NCBI GenBank assembly: GCA_003232155.1
Contig: QILY01000118.1
Location: 1-36,095 of the forward strand
From: Maribacter sp.
Lineage (GTDB): Bacteria > Bacteroidota > Bacteroidia > Flavobacteriales > Flavobacteriaceae
DNA: 36,095 nt
Reading direction: 5' to 3'
The number at the start of each line of letters is the position of its first letter. The first letter of the stretch is position 1. The notes under the pieces are model-generated. The model ran no database searches. It saw only the letters and a program-made list of their open reading frames with translations, and had not been told where the DNA came from. The translations under genes and the position numbers were made by a program. Shown piece by piece: positions 10,423 to 19,815 of the stretch.

Positions 10423-11883
10423 TTGTTCAAAAAACTATCCCTTAGATCACGCATATTTATTACCATGATTTTACTGGTGCTTATTGCATCGGTACTGATT
10501 GCTGGGGTGACCATTTATCAATCTCGTGAACGTAATAAAGATTATCACGAAAAGCGCTTAGATCGAAAAGAAGAACAGGTAAGGCAGAGTGTAACCTATA
10601 CACTTCAAAACACTACATATCCACTTGCAACAGAAAATTTAGCGTATATATTTCAATATGAAATCTACCAAATAGCAGATGTGCTTTCTGCTCATTTTAA
10701 TATTTATGATCTAGACGGACAATTATTAAAAAGCTCCCGCCCCAAATTTGAAAGTGATTCAAGCTCTAATTGTTTAGACGTTGAAGTGCTTAATCATTTA
10801 GAAGCTAGTGTTACTAGGCGTTATGTAGAGCGTAATTCTGCTGCGGGCGATAAATATCAAGCTTCATATACCTATATTACCGATACTCGTTTTAAACCTA
10901 TTGGCATATTAAACTTACCCTATTATGAAGACAACTCCTTTAATGATATGGAGCTAAGGGAGTTTTTGATACGTTTGAGTTGGGTCTATTTTGCAATGTT
11001 GATAATTGCTATTATATTGGCGTATTTTATATCAAAATATATTACGCGTTCATTACAGACAATTTCTGAGATGATGAACAAGACCGATCTCACCAAACGC
11101 AATGAAAAAATATATATTAAGGACCCGAGCGAAGAAATTGAAAAACTGGTAGACTCCTACAATGGAATGATCGATGAATTAGGGCAAAGTGCAGTAAAAT
11201 TAGCACGGAGCGAACGAGAGCAAGCTTGGCGAGAAATGGCAAAACAGGTGGCGCATGAAATTAAAAACCCATTAACACCTATGCGTTTGAGTGTGCAAAG
11301 TTTTGAACGGAAGTTTGACCCTCTAGATCCTAATATCGATAAAAAAGTAACTGAATATTCCAATACGTTAATACAGCAGATTGATACTATGAGTAATATT
11401 GCCTCTGCTTTTTCTAATTTTGCTGAAATGCCCGCTCAGCAGAATGAAACGCTTAATGTTGTTAAAATTGTTAAGTTGGCACTTGATATTTTTACTGAGA
11501 AGTATATTCATTTTGTAACTGATGAAGATGAAATAGTAGCAAAACTGGATCGTACGCAATTGATTAGAGTAGTGACTAATTTGGTTAAAAATGCTATTCA
11601 AGCAGTACCAGAAGTTGAATTACCCAGAATTTTAGTGTCGGTAGCTTCTGATGGGGATTTTGTGAAAATATCTGTGGCTGATAATGGTATCGGTATTTCT
11701 GATGAATTTACAGATAAGATTTTTGAACCTAAGTTCACTACAAAATCAAGTGGAATGGGTCTAGGTTTAGGGATGGTAAAAAATATTGTAGAAACCTATA
11801 AGGGAAGTATCGACTTTACTTCACAAGCTAATAAAGGGACTGTTTTTACAGTACGCTTTCCGAAAGAAGTTGTCCCCTCTTGA
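10423..11883 (+). CDS. Membrane sensor histidine kinase (NtrY-like, HAMP-HisKA-HATPase)
   Basis: AWREMAKQVAHEIKNPLTP H-box, NLVKNA, DNGIG, FTTK, GMGLGL. Start uncertain: TTG 10423 is preferred over 10393 because a promoter-like TATCTTTA lies between them. Confidence 0.9.
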   Translation: MFKKLSLRSRIFITMILLVLIASVLIAGVTIYQSRERNKDYHEKRLDRKEEQVRQSVTYTLQNTTYPLATENLAYIFQYEIYQIADVLSAHFNIYDLDGQLLKSSRPKFESDSSSNCLDVEVLNHLEASVTRRYVERNSAAGDKYQASYTYITDTRFKPIGILNLPYYEDNSFNDMELREFLIRLSWVYFAMLIIAIILAYFISKYITRSLQTISEMMNKTDLTKRNEKIYIKDPSEEIEKLVDSYNGMIDELGQSAVKLARSEREQAWREMAKQVAHEIKNPLTPMRLSVQSFERKFDPLDPNIDKKVTEYSNTLIQQIDTMSNIASAFSNFAEMPAQQNETLNVVKIVKLALDIFTEKYIHFVTDEDEIVAKLDRTQLIRVVTNLVKNAIQAVPEVELPRILVSVASDGDFVKISVADNGIGISDEFTDKIFEPKFTTKSSGMGLGLGMVKNIVETYKGSIDFTSQANKGTVFTVRFPKEVVPS

Positions 11884-11931
11884 GACCTGTGCTGCGCGCA
11901 GTCGAAGTAAGGGTGGCGCAGCCGGAGTGTG
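11874..11931. repeat. Hybrid REP: GTCGAAG-type unit nested in a CCCCTC..GGGTGGCGCAGCCGG unit
   Basis: The outer part matches the reverse complement of the 6275-6317 unit. The inner CCTGTGCTGCGCGCAGTCGAAGTA resembles the 9512 and 16008/16199 units. Confidence 0.6.
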
Positions 11932-12061
11932 CTCTTAATGGGAAGAATGTTCCCGAAAGATTAAAATAATTCGGGATAAATGAAGCCTAATACGTGTTAG
12001 CTTATTGCCTCGACCTAAAAAAGTTTCCATATTTAAATCAAAGCATTAAACACAGATCAAA

Positions 12062-12841
12062 ATGAAATACAACATCTTAACCGAACAAAAAGAGGGCATA
12101 GCAACCATAACCATAAACCGCGCCAATAAGTTAAACGCTTTAAATAAGCAGACTATAAAAGAATTGCACCAGGCCTTTAAAGACCTTAATAGAGACAAAG
12201 GAACAAAGGTCATTATCATTACTGGAAGTGGAGAAAAAGCTTTTGTGGCAGGAGCCGATATTTCTGAATTTGCAGATTTTTCAGTAAAAAAAGGCGCTAA
12301 GTTGGCAACCAAAGGCCAAAAGAAGTTGTTTGATTTTATAGAGAACCTGTCTACACCAGTAATAGCGGCGATCAATGGTTTTGCCTTGGGCGGGGGACTG
12401 GAGTTGGCGATGGCCTGTCATTTCAGAGTGGCTAGTGATACTGCTAAAATGGGCTTGCCAGAAGTTTCTTTGGGACTTATTCCCGGTTATGGGGGTACGC
12501 AACGTTTACCACAATTGGTGGGCAAGGGCAGAGCTATGGAGCTGATTATGACCGCAGGTATGATTAACGCCCAAAAAGCATTGGCGTATGGTTTGGTAAA
12601 CCATGTAGTATCGCAAGAAGAATTGATGCCTTTATGTGAAAAAATAGCGGGTAAAATATCAAATAATTCCTTAGTTGCCATAAAACACGCAATAAAAGCG
12701 GTAAATGCGGGTTTTAATGATGATGTAAACGGATATGCATCCGAAATTGAAGCTTTTGGCGATTGTTTTGGTACCGCCGATTTTAAAGAAGGTACTACAG
12801 CATTTTTAGAAAAGCGAAAAGCTGATTTCCCGGGCAAATAA
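12062..12841 (+). CDS. Enoyl-CoA hydratase/isomerase (crotonase family)
   Basis: AFVAGADI, NGFALGGGLELAMAC, PEVSLGLIPGYGGTQRL. Confidence 0.93.
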   Translation: MKYNILTEQKEGIATITINRANKLNALNKQTIKELHQAFKDLNRDKGTKVIIITGSGEKAFVAGADISEFADFSVKKGAKLATKGQKKLFDFIENLSTPVIAAINGFALGGGLELAMACHFRVASDTAKMGLPEVSLGLIPGYGGTQRLPQLVGKGRAMELIMTAGMINAQKALAYGLVNHVVSQEELMPLCEKIAGKISNNSLVAIKHAIKAVNAGFNDDVNGYASEIEAFGDCFGTADFKEGTTAFLEKRKADFPGK

Positions 12842-12865
12842 CATATCCCCTTAAACCTACCTATT

Positions 12866-14413
12866 ATGTTCGGAAAAAGTATGCCCTTATTTCTTTTTCT
12901 TCTAGTTTTCTGCTTTGCCAATGGGCAAGAGATTCTTGTTGATTATACTTTAGGTCAAAACAATTCTGATCGTTACAAATATTCTACGGTATTGAATATC
13001 AGTAGCTGTGAAAACGGACAAACGGTTTTGGTTCGCACCTATTACGGAGGAATACCGTTAAGGCCTAAAGGACATTTTATAGAGTTGTACGATGCCGATC
13101 TGAATTTGATCGAAGACTACAACAATAAGTATGCCGGTCAATATATGGTTGATGGTTTTGTGAAAAACGGACAGCTGTATTTATTAGAGTTGTTGTACAA
13201 TGATAGTGAGTTTGCCTACCAATATGTAATACACCATAGCCCGTTAGGGGGGTTTAATTTCACAAAAAAAACCATACTTTCAATTCCTTCAAAAAAAGTT
13301 GCCAATCCGCTTGCGGTAAATAAGTACAATCGAAAGTTTGGCAATGGGTTTTCTACGGCTGTTCATTTTAATAAGGAAAAATCAGCCTTTGCCATTACGG
13401 TTCAGTATAGAGAACGAAGAGATGAAAAATACCATATGTATGTTTTTGGAACAGATTTAAAAAAACAGATCACCTATGATTTCACCGCCCAAACCAAAGA
13501 TAAAAACTATGCTTTTGAGAATATAGAGGTTTCTAAAGATTTTAAGACTGTTTATTTTATGGGGAAAGCTTTCTTTAAGAAGAAACGATTTGAGGCGAAA
13601 GAAAGAAAATTTCAATACGAATTGGTTCGTGTCACAAACACTGGGCATCAGATTCAGGAGTTTAATGATGCTGGGCGTTATCCTGAATCATTAAAACCTG
13701 TTTTGTTAGATGATAATTTGATTGTGGTAGGTTTTTATTCCGAACGTAAAAATAATAGGTACAATGGTCTGGTTCATTTTAAATTGAACCCTACTACCTT
13801 GGCGATTCAATCTAAAAAATATAATGCGTTTTCCGAGCAATTTATGGTCGATAAATTTGGTCGTGAAACCGATGCCGAAATCAAGAACTTGATTTTTAAA
13901 GATGTTCATATTACACCGACTAAAGATATTATTTTCAGTGCCGAAGAGTATTTTGTTACCCATGGCGAAGATATTAGTGGCGGTGGCACAAAAAAAACCA
14001 ATCGTTACCACTATAATGACATTGTTTGTGCAAAGCTAAATACATCAGGTGAAATGGTATGGGCCAGAAACATAAACAAAACTGAGCTTACCCTAGGTGA
14101 TGCGGCCTATGCTTCTTATGCGGCTTATGGTCATGGAGATGATATGTATTTCTTTATCAACTCTGGTGAGAATCCTCAAAAACTCAGTAAAGAACGTATT
14201 ATTTTCAAGCAGGGGTATAGCAGAAACCCAAATATGTTCGTAATTAAGATTGCCGCAGATGGTAGCTTATCGCATAAAAAATTGATTGACGATAAAGAAG
14301 TACGTTTACCTATAATGGTGTCTAAACCATTAATTAAGAGAGCTTCTAACGAGTTAATGTTCTACGCAAAACGTGGCACTAAAAAACAGTTGGTGCGGGT
14401 TGATGTAAAATAA
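12866..14413 (+). CDS. Secreted hypothetical protein, beta-rich
   Basis: 515-aa ORF with signal peptide; no family motif recognised. Confidence 0.75.
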   Translation: MFGKSMPLFLFLLVFCFANGQEILVDYTLGQNNSDRYKYSTVLNISSCENGQTVLVRTYYGGIPLRPKGHFIELYDADLNLIEDYNNKYAGQYMVDGFVKNGQLYLLELLYNDSEFAYQYVIHHSPLGGFNFTKKTILSIPSKKVANPLAVNKYNRKFGNGFSTAVHFNKEKSAFAITVQYRERRDEKYHMYVFGTDLKKQITYDFTAQTKDKNYAFENIEVSKDFKTVYFMGKAFFKKKRFEAKERKFQYELVRVTNTGHQIQEFNDAGRYPESLKPVLLDDNLIVVGFYSERKNNRYNGLVHFKLNPTTLAIQSKKYNAFSEQFMVDKFGRETDAEIKNLIFKDVHITPTKDIIFSAEEYFVTHGEDISGGGTKKTNRYHYNDIVCAKLNTSGEMVWARNINKTELTLGDAAYASYAAYGHGDDMYFFINSGENPQKLSKERIIFKQGYSRNPNMFVIKIAADGSLSHKKLIDDKEVRLPIMVSKPLIKRASNELMFYAKRGTKKQLVRVDVK

Positions 14414-14597
14414 TGGGTACTAAGAGGCTGTTTTGAAATATCTCGGTTATTTTCTTATTACCTCTTTTTGCGCATAACCGGCCGGCCGGCTTCGTTAAAA
14501 TTTTGAACCGTAGCGATGCTATGCAAATCGATCACAGCGGCATAGAACAAAAAAGCAACTTCGTTTTCTATGACTCATTTTATAGTCAAATTGGTAT

Positions 14598-14792
14598 TAT
14601 ACTCCTGCCAAATGGAAATCCGAAATTTCTACTTGGTCTTTTTCCCCATACCTTCGTTAAAGTTTATCGCCGTAGCTGAGGCTATGCTTGCGCCACCGCT
14701 CTAGCTCGCCCATAGCTTTCGCTATGTCGTGCCTCGGTATGAGAAAAAAACCCTGCCTTGATTCTCCCGAATTTCCATTTGGCACGAGTATA
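14598..14792. mobile_element. MITE-like element with ~25-bp TIRs and TA-rich ends
   Basis: TATACTCCTGCCAAATGGAAATCCG vs reverse complement of the right end TATACTCGTGCCAAATGGAAATTCG; non-coding, hairpin-rich interior. Confidence 0.75.
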
Positions 14793-14893
14793 TATAAATA
14801 TTCTAGGGTTTATATAGCATTGAAAAATCATCAGAGTCAGTATATTTTTAAGTACCATTTCTAAACAATTAACATCTTTAAATATCATTTATT

Positions 14894-14923
14894 GGATTTA
14901 TTACATAAATTTGGAATAAATCC
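14894..14923 (+). promoter_or_regulatory. Tandem Bacteroidetes LexA-type SOS boxes (GGA-N5-TCC) overlapping a TAnnTTTG -7 promoter
   Basis: GGAATAAATCC at 14913-14923, degenerate GGATTTATTAC at 14894-14904, TAAATTTG at 14906-14913; immediately upstream of a DNA-repair-type radical SAM gene. Confidence 0.75.
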
Positions 14924-14929
14924 AATAAA

Positions 14930-16003
14930 TTGAAATCTGAATACTACATTAAAGGGCGAGGAGCCCAACAAAACACACACAATAGATTTTTTCAGCACGT
15001 TTATGAAACTCGTGATGATTTCTTAGAGTTTTGTAGAATTGAAGGGGAAGAGGCAGATAATAATAAGACACAATATATTCCCATTTTCCCGAAAACTATT
15101 GTAAATAAAGTTACGAGTCCTGATATTGGTATGACCTTTTCTATGAATCCGTATCAAGGCTGTGAACATGGGTGTATTTATTGCTATGCTCGTAATACAC
15201 ATGAATATTGGGGCTATAGTGCCGGGCTTGATTTTGAACGAAAAATTCTGATTAAAAAAGATGCCCCAACACTTTTAGAAGCCAAATTAAAAAGCAAAAA
15301 ATGGCAAGCAAAAACCATAGTACTTTCAGGAAATACAGATTGTTACCAACCTGCTGAAAAAAAGTTTGAAATTACCAGAGCTTGCTTAGAAGTATTTCTA
15401 AAATATAAACATCCCGTAGGTATTATAACGAAAAATGCATTGGTGCTTCGTGATTTACCTATTTTAAAAGAGCTTACCAAAGATCAATTGGTCGGGGTCA
15501 ATATTTCAGTAACCTCTTTATCAGAAAAGACCCGTAGAATTTTAGAGCCAAGAACAACAACTATTAAAAAACGCTTGGAAACCATTCGTGTGCTATCAGA
15601 AAATAACATTCCGGTAAATGCTATGCTGGCACCCATTATTCCGGGTATTAATAGTCACGAGATTCTGAAACTAGCAAAAGCTGTATCTGAAAATGGAGCG
15701 TTATCTTGTGCTTTTACCGTAGTTAGATTGAATGGGGCCATAGGGCAAATTTTCACAGACTGGATTCATAAAACACTACCTGATCGAGCTGAGAAAGTAT
15801 TGCATCAAATTGAATCTTGTCATGGCGGTACGTTAAACGATAGTCGTTTTGGTATCCGAACTCGTGGCGAAGGTAAAATAGCAACCCAAATTCACGATTT
15901 GGTGCGTTTGGCAAGGCATAGGTATTTTAAGGATAAGGTATTTCCGAAGTTAAATACGGAGCTGCACGAGCAATATAAAGATGGTCAGATGCGGTTGTTT
16001 TGA
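14930..16003 (+). CDS. PA0069/Rv2578c-family radical SAM protein (spore photoproduct lyase-like)
   Basis: NPYQGCEHGCIYCYAR CxxxCxxC motif, SGNTDCYQPAE; C-terminal QMRLF resembles a beta-clamp-binding motif. Confidence 0.9.
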   Translation: MKSEYYIKGRGAQQNTHNRFFQHVYETRDDFLEFCRIEGEEADNNKTQYIPIFPKTIVNKVTSPDIGMTFSMNPYQGCEHGCIYCYARNTHEYWGYSAGLDFERKILIKKDAPTLLEAKLKSKKWQAKTIVLSGNTDCYQPAEKKFEITRACLEVFLKYKHPVGIITKNALVLRDLPILKELTKDQLVGVNISVTSLSEKTRRILEPRTTTIKKRLETIRVLSENNIPVNAMLAPIIPGINSHEILKLAKAVSENGALSCAFTVVRLNGAIGQIFTDWIHKTLPDRAEKVLHQIESCHGGTLNDSRFGIRTRGEGKIATQIHDLVRLARHRYFKDKVFPKLNTELHEQYKDGQMRLF

Positions 16004-16015
16004 AGGCGTCACATT

Positions 16016-16195
16016 GAACTAGTTTAAACTTTCTCTTTCCTGCCTGACGGCAGGCAGGTACCTACAAATATCACATTTTGCACCCATATTTCGTCATTTT
16101 TGACCACCGTAGCCCTGCTATGCTGTTAAAAAATCACTTCATCTGGGCGCAAAAGCCGATATTTTCGGTTCCAAACAAAAAGTTTAAACGAGTTC
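16016..16195. mobile_element. MITE-like element (GAACT..AGTTC TIR family) with ATT target duplication
   Basis: TIRs GAACTAGTTTAAACTTT / AAAGTTTAAACGAGTTC; ATT at 16013-16015 and 16196-16198. Confidence 0.78.
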
Positions 16196-16215
16196 ATTGA
16201 GTGCAGTCGAAAATA

Positions 16216-16872
16216 TTATAATTTACCATTCCATTCATTATCAAATTGTGTTAGAAAACCCACCATATACCCATGGCGTTCCTCCGCTAACTTTAAACCC
16301 GTTTTGGTATTCATTTTATCTTTCAATAAAAGCAGCTTCTCATAAAAATGATTAATGGTAGGTGCTGTAGATTTTTTATACGCTGCCTTGGTCATTTGTA
16401 TATTTGGTTCGATTTCTGGGTTGTAGAGTTCTCTGTTTTTGAATCCGCCATAATTAAAGGCTCTCGCGATGCCAATAGCGCCAATAGCATCTAAGCGGTC
16501 TGCATCTTGAACAACCTGTAGTTCTGGTGAAGTGAACTTTGAGGCTTCGCCCAAGCTTGATTTAAAAGATATATTTTCTATAATATTCACAACGTGCGTT
16601 ATAACCCCTTTATCAACTAATCTTAATGTCAAAAATCCGTGAGCCATTTTTGGCCCTATAGTTTCATCGCCATTATAAAATTTAGCATCGGCAATATCGT
16701 GTAATAATGCTCCTAGACTAACAATAAAGGTATCAACTTGCTCACTTTTTGCAATGAGTAATGCATTTTTATAAACACGCTCAATATGAAACCAATCGTG
16801 ACCCCCTTCTGCACCCTCCAAAGTTTGCTTTACAAAAGCAATAGTTTCTTCAACAAGTTTTGTATTTGTCAT
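16216..16872 (-). CDS. HD-domain phosphohydrolase (YedJ-like)
   Basis: GHDWFHIERV, ALLHDIAD, VQDADRLDAIGAIGIAR, HFYEKLL. Confidence 0.9.
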   Translation of the reverse strand: MTNTKLVEETIAFVKQTLEGAEGGHDWFHIERVYKNALLIAKSEQVDTFIVSLGALLHDIADAKFYNGDETIGPKMAHGFLTLRLVDKGVITHVVNIIENISFKSSLGEASKFTSPELQVVQDADRLDAIGAIGIARAFNYGGFKNRELYNPEIEPNIQMTKAAYKKSTAPTINHFYEKLLLLKDKMNTKTGLKLAEERHGYMVGFLTQFDNEWNGKL

Positions 16873-17604
16873 TTAAATTTTGATGCCTGAGGCTATCTGC
16901 GTTTCTACTTTTGTGATGAGCTCATCTATATTGTCTTGAATTTCAATCGGGGAATGTACGTTTATTGTAATATGGTTTCCAAGACCATATGGAAATTTTC
17001 CGTATTTCAACATTTTCCATGAATTATTGATGCTAACAGGAATAATTAAAGCAGACGGGGCATTACGTATCAATAATTTTAATCCAATAGTTTTGAAAGG
17101 TTTTATGTGCCCTGTTCTACTTCGGGTTCCCTCAGGGAAAATAACCGCAGCGCGTTTATGTTCTTCAATATATTTGCCCAGTTTAATTATTTCACTTAAT
17201 GATTGTTTGGTATCAGCCCTATCGATTAATACTGAACCACCGTGTCTAAGATTATAGGAAACGCTAGGTATGCCCTTACCCAATTCTTTCTTGCTTACGA
17301 ATTTAGGTTCGTATTTTCGCATCCACCAAATGATTGGCGGAATATCATTCATACTTTGATGGTTAGAGACAATAATTGCTGGCCGGTCAGTAGAAATATT
17401 ATGCGGATTGTTAAACGTATAGCGGGTACCCAAAATATGGGCGCAGCGTAACAAGCTTAAATTTAAAAGGGCTACACTTGCCCTGTGGGCATTATAGCCG
17501 AACAAATTAAAACATATCAATTGTATGGGATGAAAAACCAATAGCGTAAGCCCAAATAAGAGGGCGTAAATCATAGTTAAAGGATATGCTACTATTTTCT
17601 GCAT
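16873..17604 (-). CDS. Lysophospholipid acyltransferase (PlsC-like)
   Basis: NHQSMND (HxxxxD), FPEGTRS. Confidence 0.9.
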   Translation of the reverse strand: MQKIVAYPLTMIYALLFGLTLLVFHPIQLICFNLFGYNAHRASVALLNLSLLRCAHILGTRYTFNNPHNISTDRPAIIVSNHQSMNDIPPIIWWMRKYEPKFVSKKELGKGIPSVSYNLRHGGSVLIDRADTKQSLSEIIKLGKYIEEHKRAAVIFPEGTRSRTGHIKPFKTIGLKLLIRNAPSALIIPVSINNSWKMLKYGKFPYGLGNHITINVHSPIEIQDNIDELITKVETQIASGIKI

Positions 17605-17660
17605 AGTGCAAAAATAAGATTCTATTTAATTATGAGGAAAGACAGAGAGAAGAAAGATAC

Positions 17661-17691
17661 AAAAAAACCATTCTTTTACGAATGGTTTTTT
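17661..17691 (-). terminator. Intrinsic terminator after the bacilliredoxin gene (bidirectional-looking)
   Basis: AAAAAAACCATTC-TTTTAC-GAATGGTTTTTT with A/T runs on both sides. Confidence 0.7.
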
Positions 17692-17730
17692 GTTTTTTAT
17701 AGTCCCTCTTTTGGAGGAGTTAGGAAAGGC

Positions 17731-18141
17731 TTAACAAAAATCGTTATAAGCTTCTGTTAAATTTTCTGCAATCAATTCTGCAGGTCTTCCTTCAATATGG
17801 TGACGTTCGATCATATGAACCAATTCTCCATTTTTAAACAAGGCCATACTTGGTGATGAAGGTGGAAAAGGAACCATCAAATTTCTTGCGGCATCAACTG
17901 CTTCAGTATCTACACCAGCAAATACAGTAACTGCATGGTCAGGTTTTTTTGAGTTTTGTAAACTCATTTTTGCAGCTGGTCTTGCATTCGCTGCAGCACA
18001 ACCACAAACCGAATTCACAACTACAAGTGTAGTGCCTTCTCTATTGATGGCATTTGCAACTGCTTCAGCCGTATATAATTCTTCAAACCCAGCCAATGCT
18101 AAGTCATCTCTCATTGGTTTTACTAATTCTGCGGGATACAT
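17731..18141 (-). CDS. BrxA/BrxB-family bacilliredoxin
   Basis: VNSVCGCAAANARP CGC motif, TVFAGVD, PPSSPSMALFK, RHHIEGR. Confidence 0.93.
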   Translation of the reverse strand: MYPAELVKPMRDDLALAGFEELYTAEAVANAINREGTTLVVVNSVCGCAAANARPAAKMSLQNSKKPDHAVTVFAGVDTEAVDAARNLMVPFPPSSPSMALFKNGELVHMIERHHIEGRPAELIAENLTEAYNDFC

Positions 18142-18310
18142 ATGTTATTTTTTTAAAACTTCAGATATCAAAGATACAGGTTTTGTCGTATTTATTGGAT
18201 AGTTCTTAACTTTTCGTTGGCATCTAAAGAATCAAATAGCAATTCTTCTGTGTTCTTTCTTCTTTATTCTATTTTCCCTTTTAATATCTTTGGCAAAAAT
18301 CAATAGTAGT

Positions 18311-19045
18311 ATGATTAAATGGATTGCGGCCTTGTTGGGATATTATCTTTTTCGATACCCAGGGGCTATTTTAGGTTTTTTTGTGGGAAGTGCAATTGAC
18401 GGTCTTAGAAAAAAAGGAGGAGGTCCCCAAAGCGTTTTTCAAGATTTGACCCGTCAAAAGGTATCTCCGGCCGATTTTGAATTGAATTTGCTTTCGCTTT
18501 GTTCTATAGTTATTAAAGCAGATGGAAAAGTAAGCCAGAGCGAAATGGACTATGTGCGCCAATATTTTGTAAGCACCTATGGTAAAGATAAGTCCAATGC
18601 TATTTTTAGAACCTTTAATGAAATCAATAAAAAAAGAGAGATTTCTGCCCAGCGCATCTGTACTTTTTTAAATCAACGCACACGCTATGAAGTACGTTTG
18701 CAATTGCTACATTTTTTGTTTGGTATTGCTCACGCTGATGGCGCTGTGAGTACCTCTGAAATCAGTAAAATACAAGAAATAGCGGGTTATTTGCGAGTTA
18801 CACTTCGTGATTTTGAAAGTATAAAGGCCATGTTTATTAAATCTGCCGATATGGCCTATAAAATTTTGGAAATTGAAAAATCTGCCACTGATGGCCAGGT
18901 CAAGAAAGCATACCGGAACATGGCGAAAAAGTATCACCCTGATCGAGTAAACACAGAAAACGAGGCGATAAAAAAAGGAGCTGAAGAAAAGTTCAAAAAA
19001 GTGCAAACTGCCTATGAAACGATACAGAAGGAAAGGGGTTTATAA
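18311..19045 (+). CDS. TerB-domain/DjlA-like J-domain co-chaperone
   Basis: N-terminal TM, KADGKVSQSE and AHADG TerB motifs, C-terminal J-domain KYHPD. ATG 18311 is preferred because promoter TATCTTTG (18285-18292) overlaps the TTG at 18290. Confidence 0.88.
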   Translation: MIKWIAALLGYYLFRYPGAILGFFVGSAIDGLRKKGGGPQSVFQDLTRQKVSPADFELNLLSLCSIVIKADGKVSQSEMDYVRQYFVSTYGKDKSNAIFRTFNEINKKREISAQRICTFLNQRTRYEVRLQLLHFLFGIAHADGAVSTSEISKIQEIAGYLRVTLRDFESIKAMFIKSADMAYKILEIEKSATDGQVKKAYRNMAKKYHPDRVNTENEAIKKGAEEKFKKVQTAYETIQKERGL

Positions 19046-19058
19046 GTTTGCAGTGATT

Positions 19059-19113
19059 TGATTTGAAGCTGTTTAGAGCTAGAATAGATTTTCTAATGCA
19101 TAATCCAGGTTTA
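19059..19113. repeat. Right-end fragment of the MITE family seen at 27732-27896
   Basis: TTGAAGCTGTTTAGAGCTAGAATAGATTTTCTAATGCATAATCCAGG closely matches 27846-27892. Confidence 0.75.
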
Positions 19114-19147
19114 AAGATGACTACCAACTGAATACTAAATAATTAAG

Positions 19148-19729
19148 ATGCAAGATTTCTACTTTTACATAAAACTAGGGCTACAACACGTACTTGATTT
19201 CAATGCCTACGATCATATTCTATTTTTATTGGCCTTAGCGCTACCCTTTACATTTAAAGATTGGAAAAAAGTATTGTTACTAGCTACAATTTTTACCATT
19301 GCCCATTGCTTTTCTTTGTTTTTATCAGTCTACGGAATTTTGGTTATGAATGTAAGTTGGATTGAATTTCTGATTCCGGCAACCATCTTATTGACCGCTC
19401 TTTTTAATTTGATATATATAAAATCAAAAGCAGCTCACAAAAGTATTGTGCTTCATATTGTTACAACTGCTTTTTTTGGGTTGATTCATGGCTTCGGTTT
19501 TAGTAATTACTTTAAAATGTTAATGGCAGAGGAAGAAAACAAACTTCCCCCTTTATTGGGTTTTGCTACTGGTATTGAAATTTCACAAGTGCTCATTGTA
19601 ACCTGTATGCTTTTAGTCACTTATTTATTTATATCCGTCTTAAAAATAAAACAAGCTCTTTTTGTGATTATCTTTTCTATTTTAATCGTTTTGGTCACAA
19701 TACCTATGCTAATTGCTACGTTTCCATAG
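19148..19729 (+). CDS. HupE/UreJ-family membrane protein
   Basis: LGLQHV, YDHILFL, FTIAH, FGLIHGFGF, GIEISQ. Confidence 0.85.
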   Translation: MQDFYFYIKLGLQHVLDFNAYDHILFLLALALPFTFKDWKKVLLLATIFTIAHCFSLFLSVYGILVMNVSWIEFLIPATILLTALFNLIYIKSKAAHKSIVLHIVTTAFFGLIHGFGFSNYFKMLMAEEENKLPPLLGFATGIEISQVLIVTCMLLVTYLFISVLKIKQALFVIIFSILIVLVTIPMLIATFP

Positions 19730-19815
19730 TGATCTTGTGTTAAAATTAACGATATAAGGTTGTGTAAATTTTCGAAAGCGGGTATCTTAGGCGCTCGCTA
19801 TTTTCGCTGTATTAT

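Noticed and set aside
14682-14888. 68-aa ORF
   Set aside because: Runs through a MITE; no coding features.
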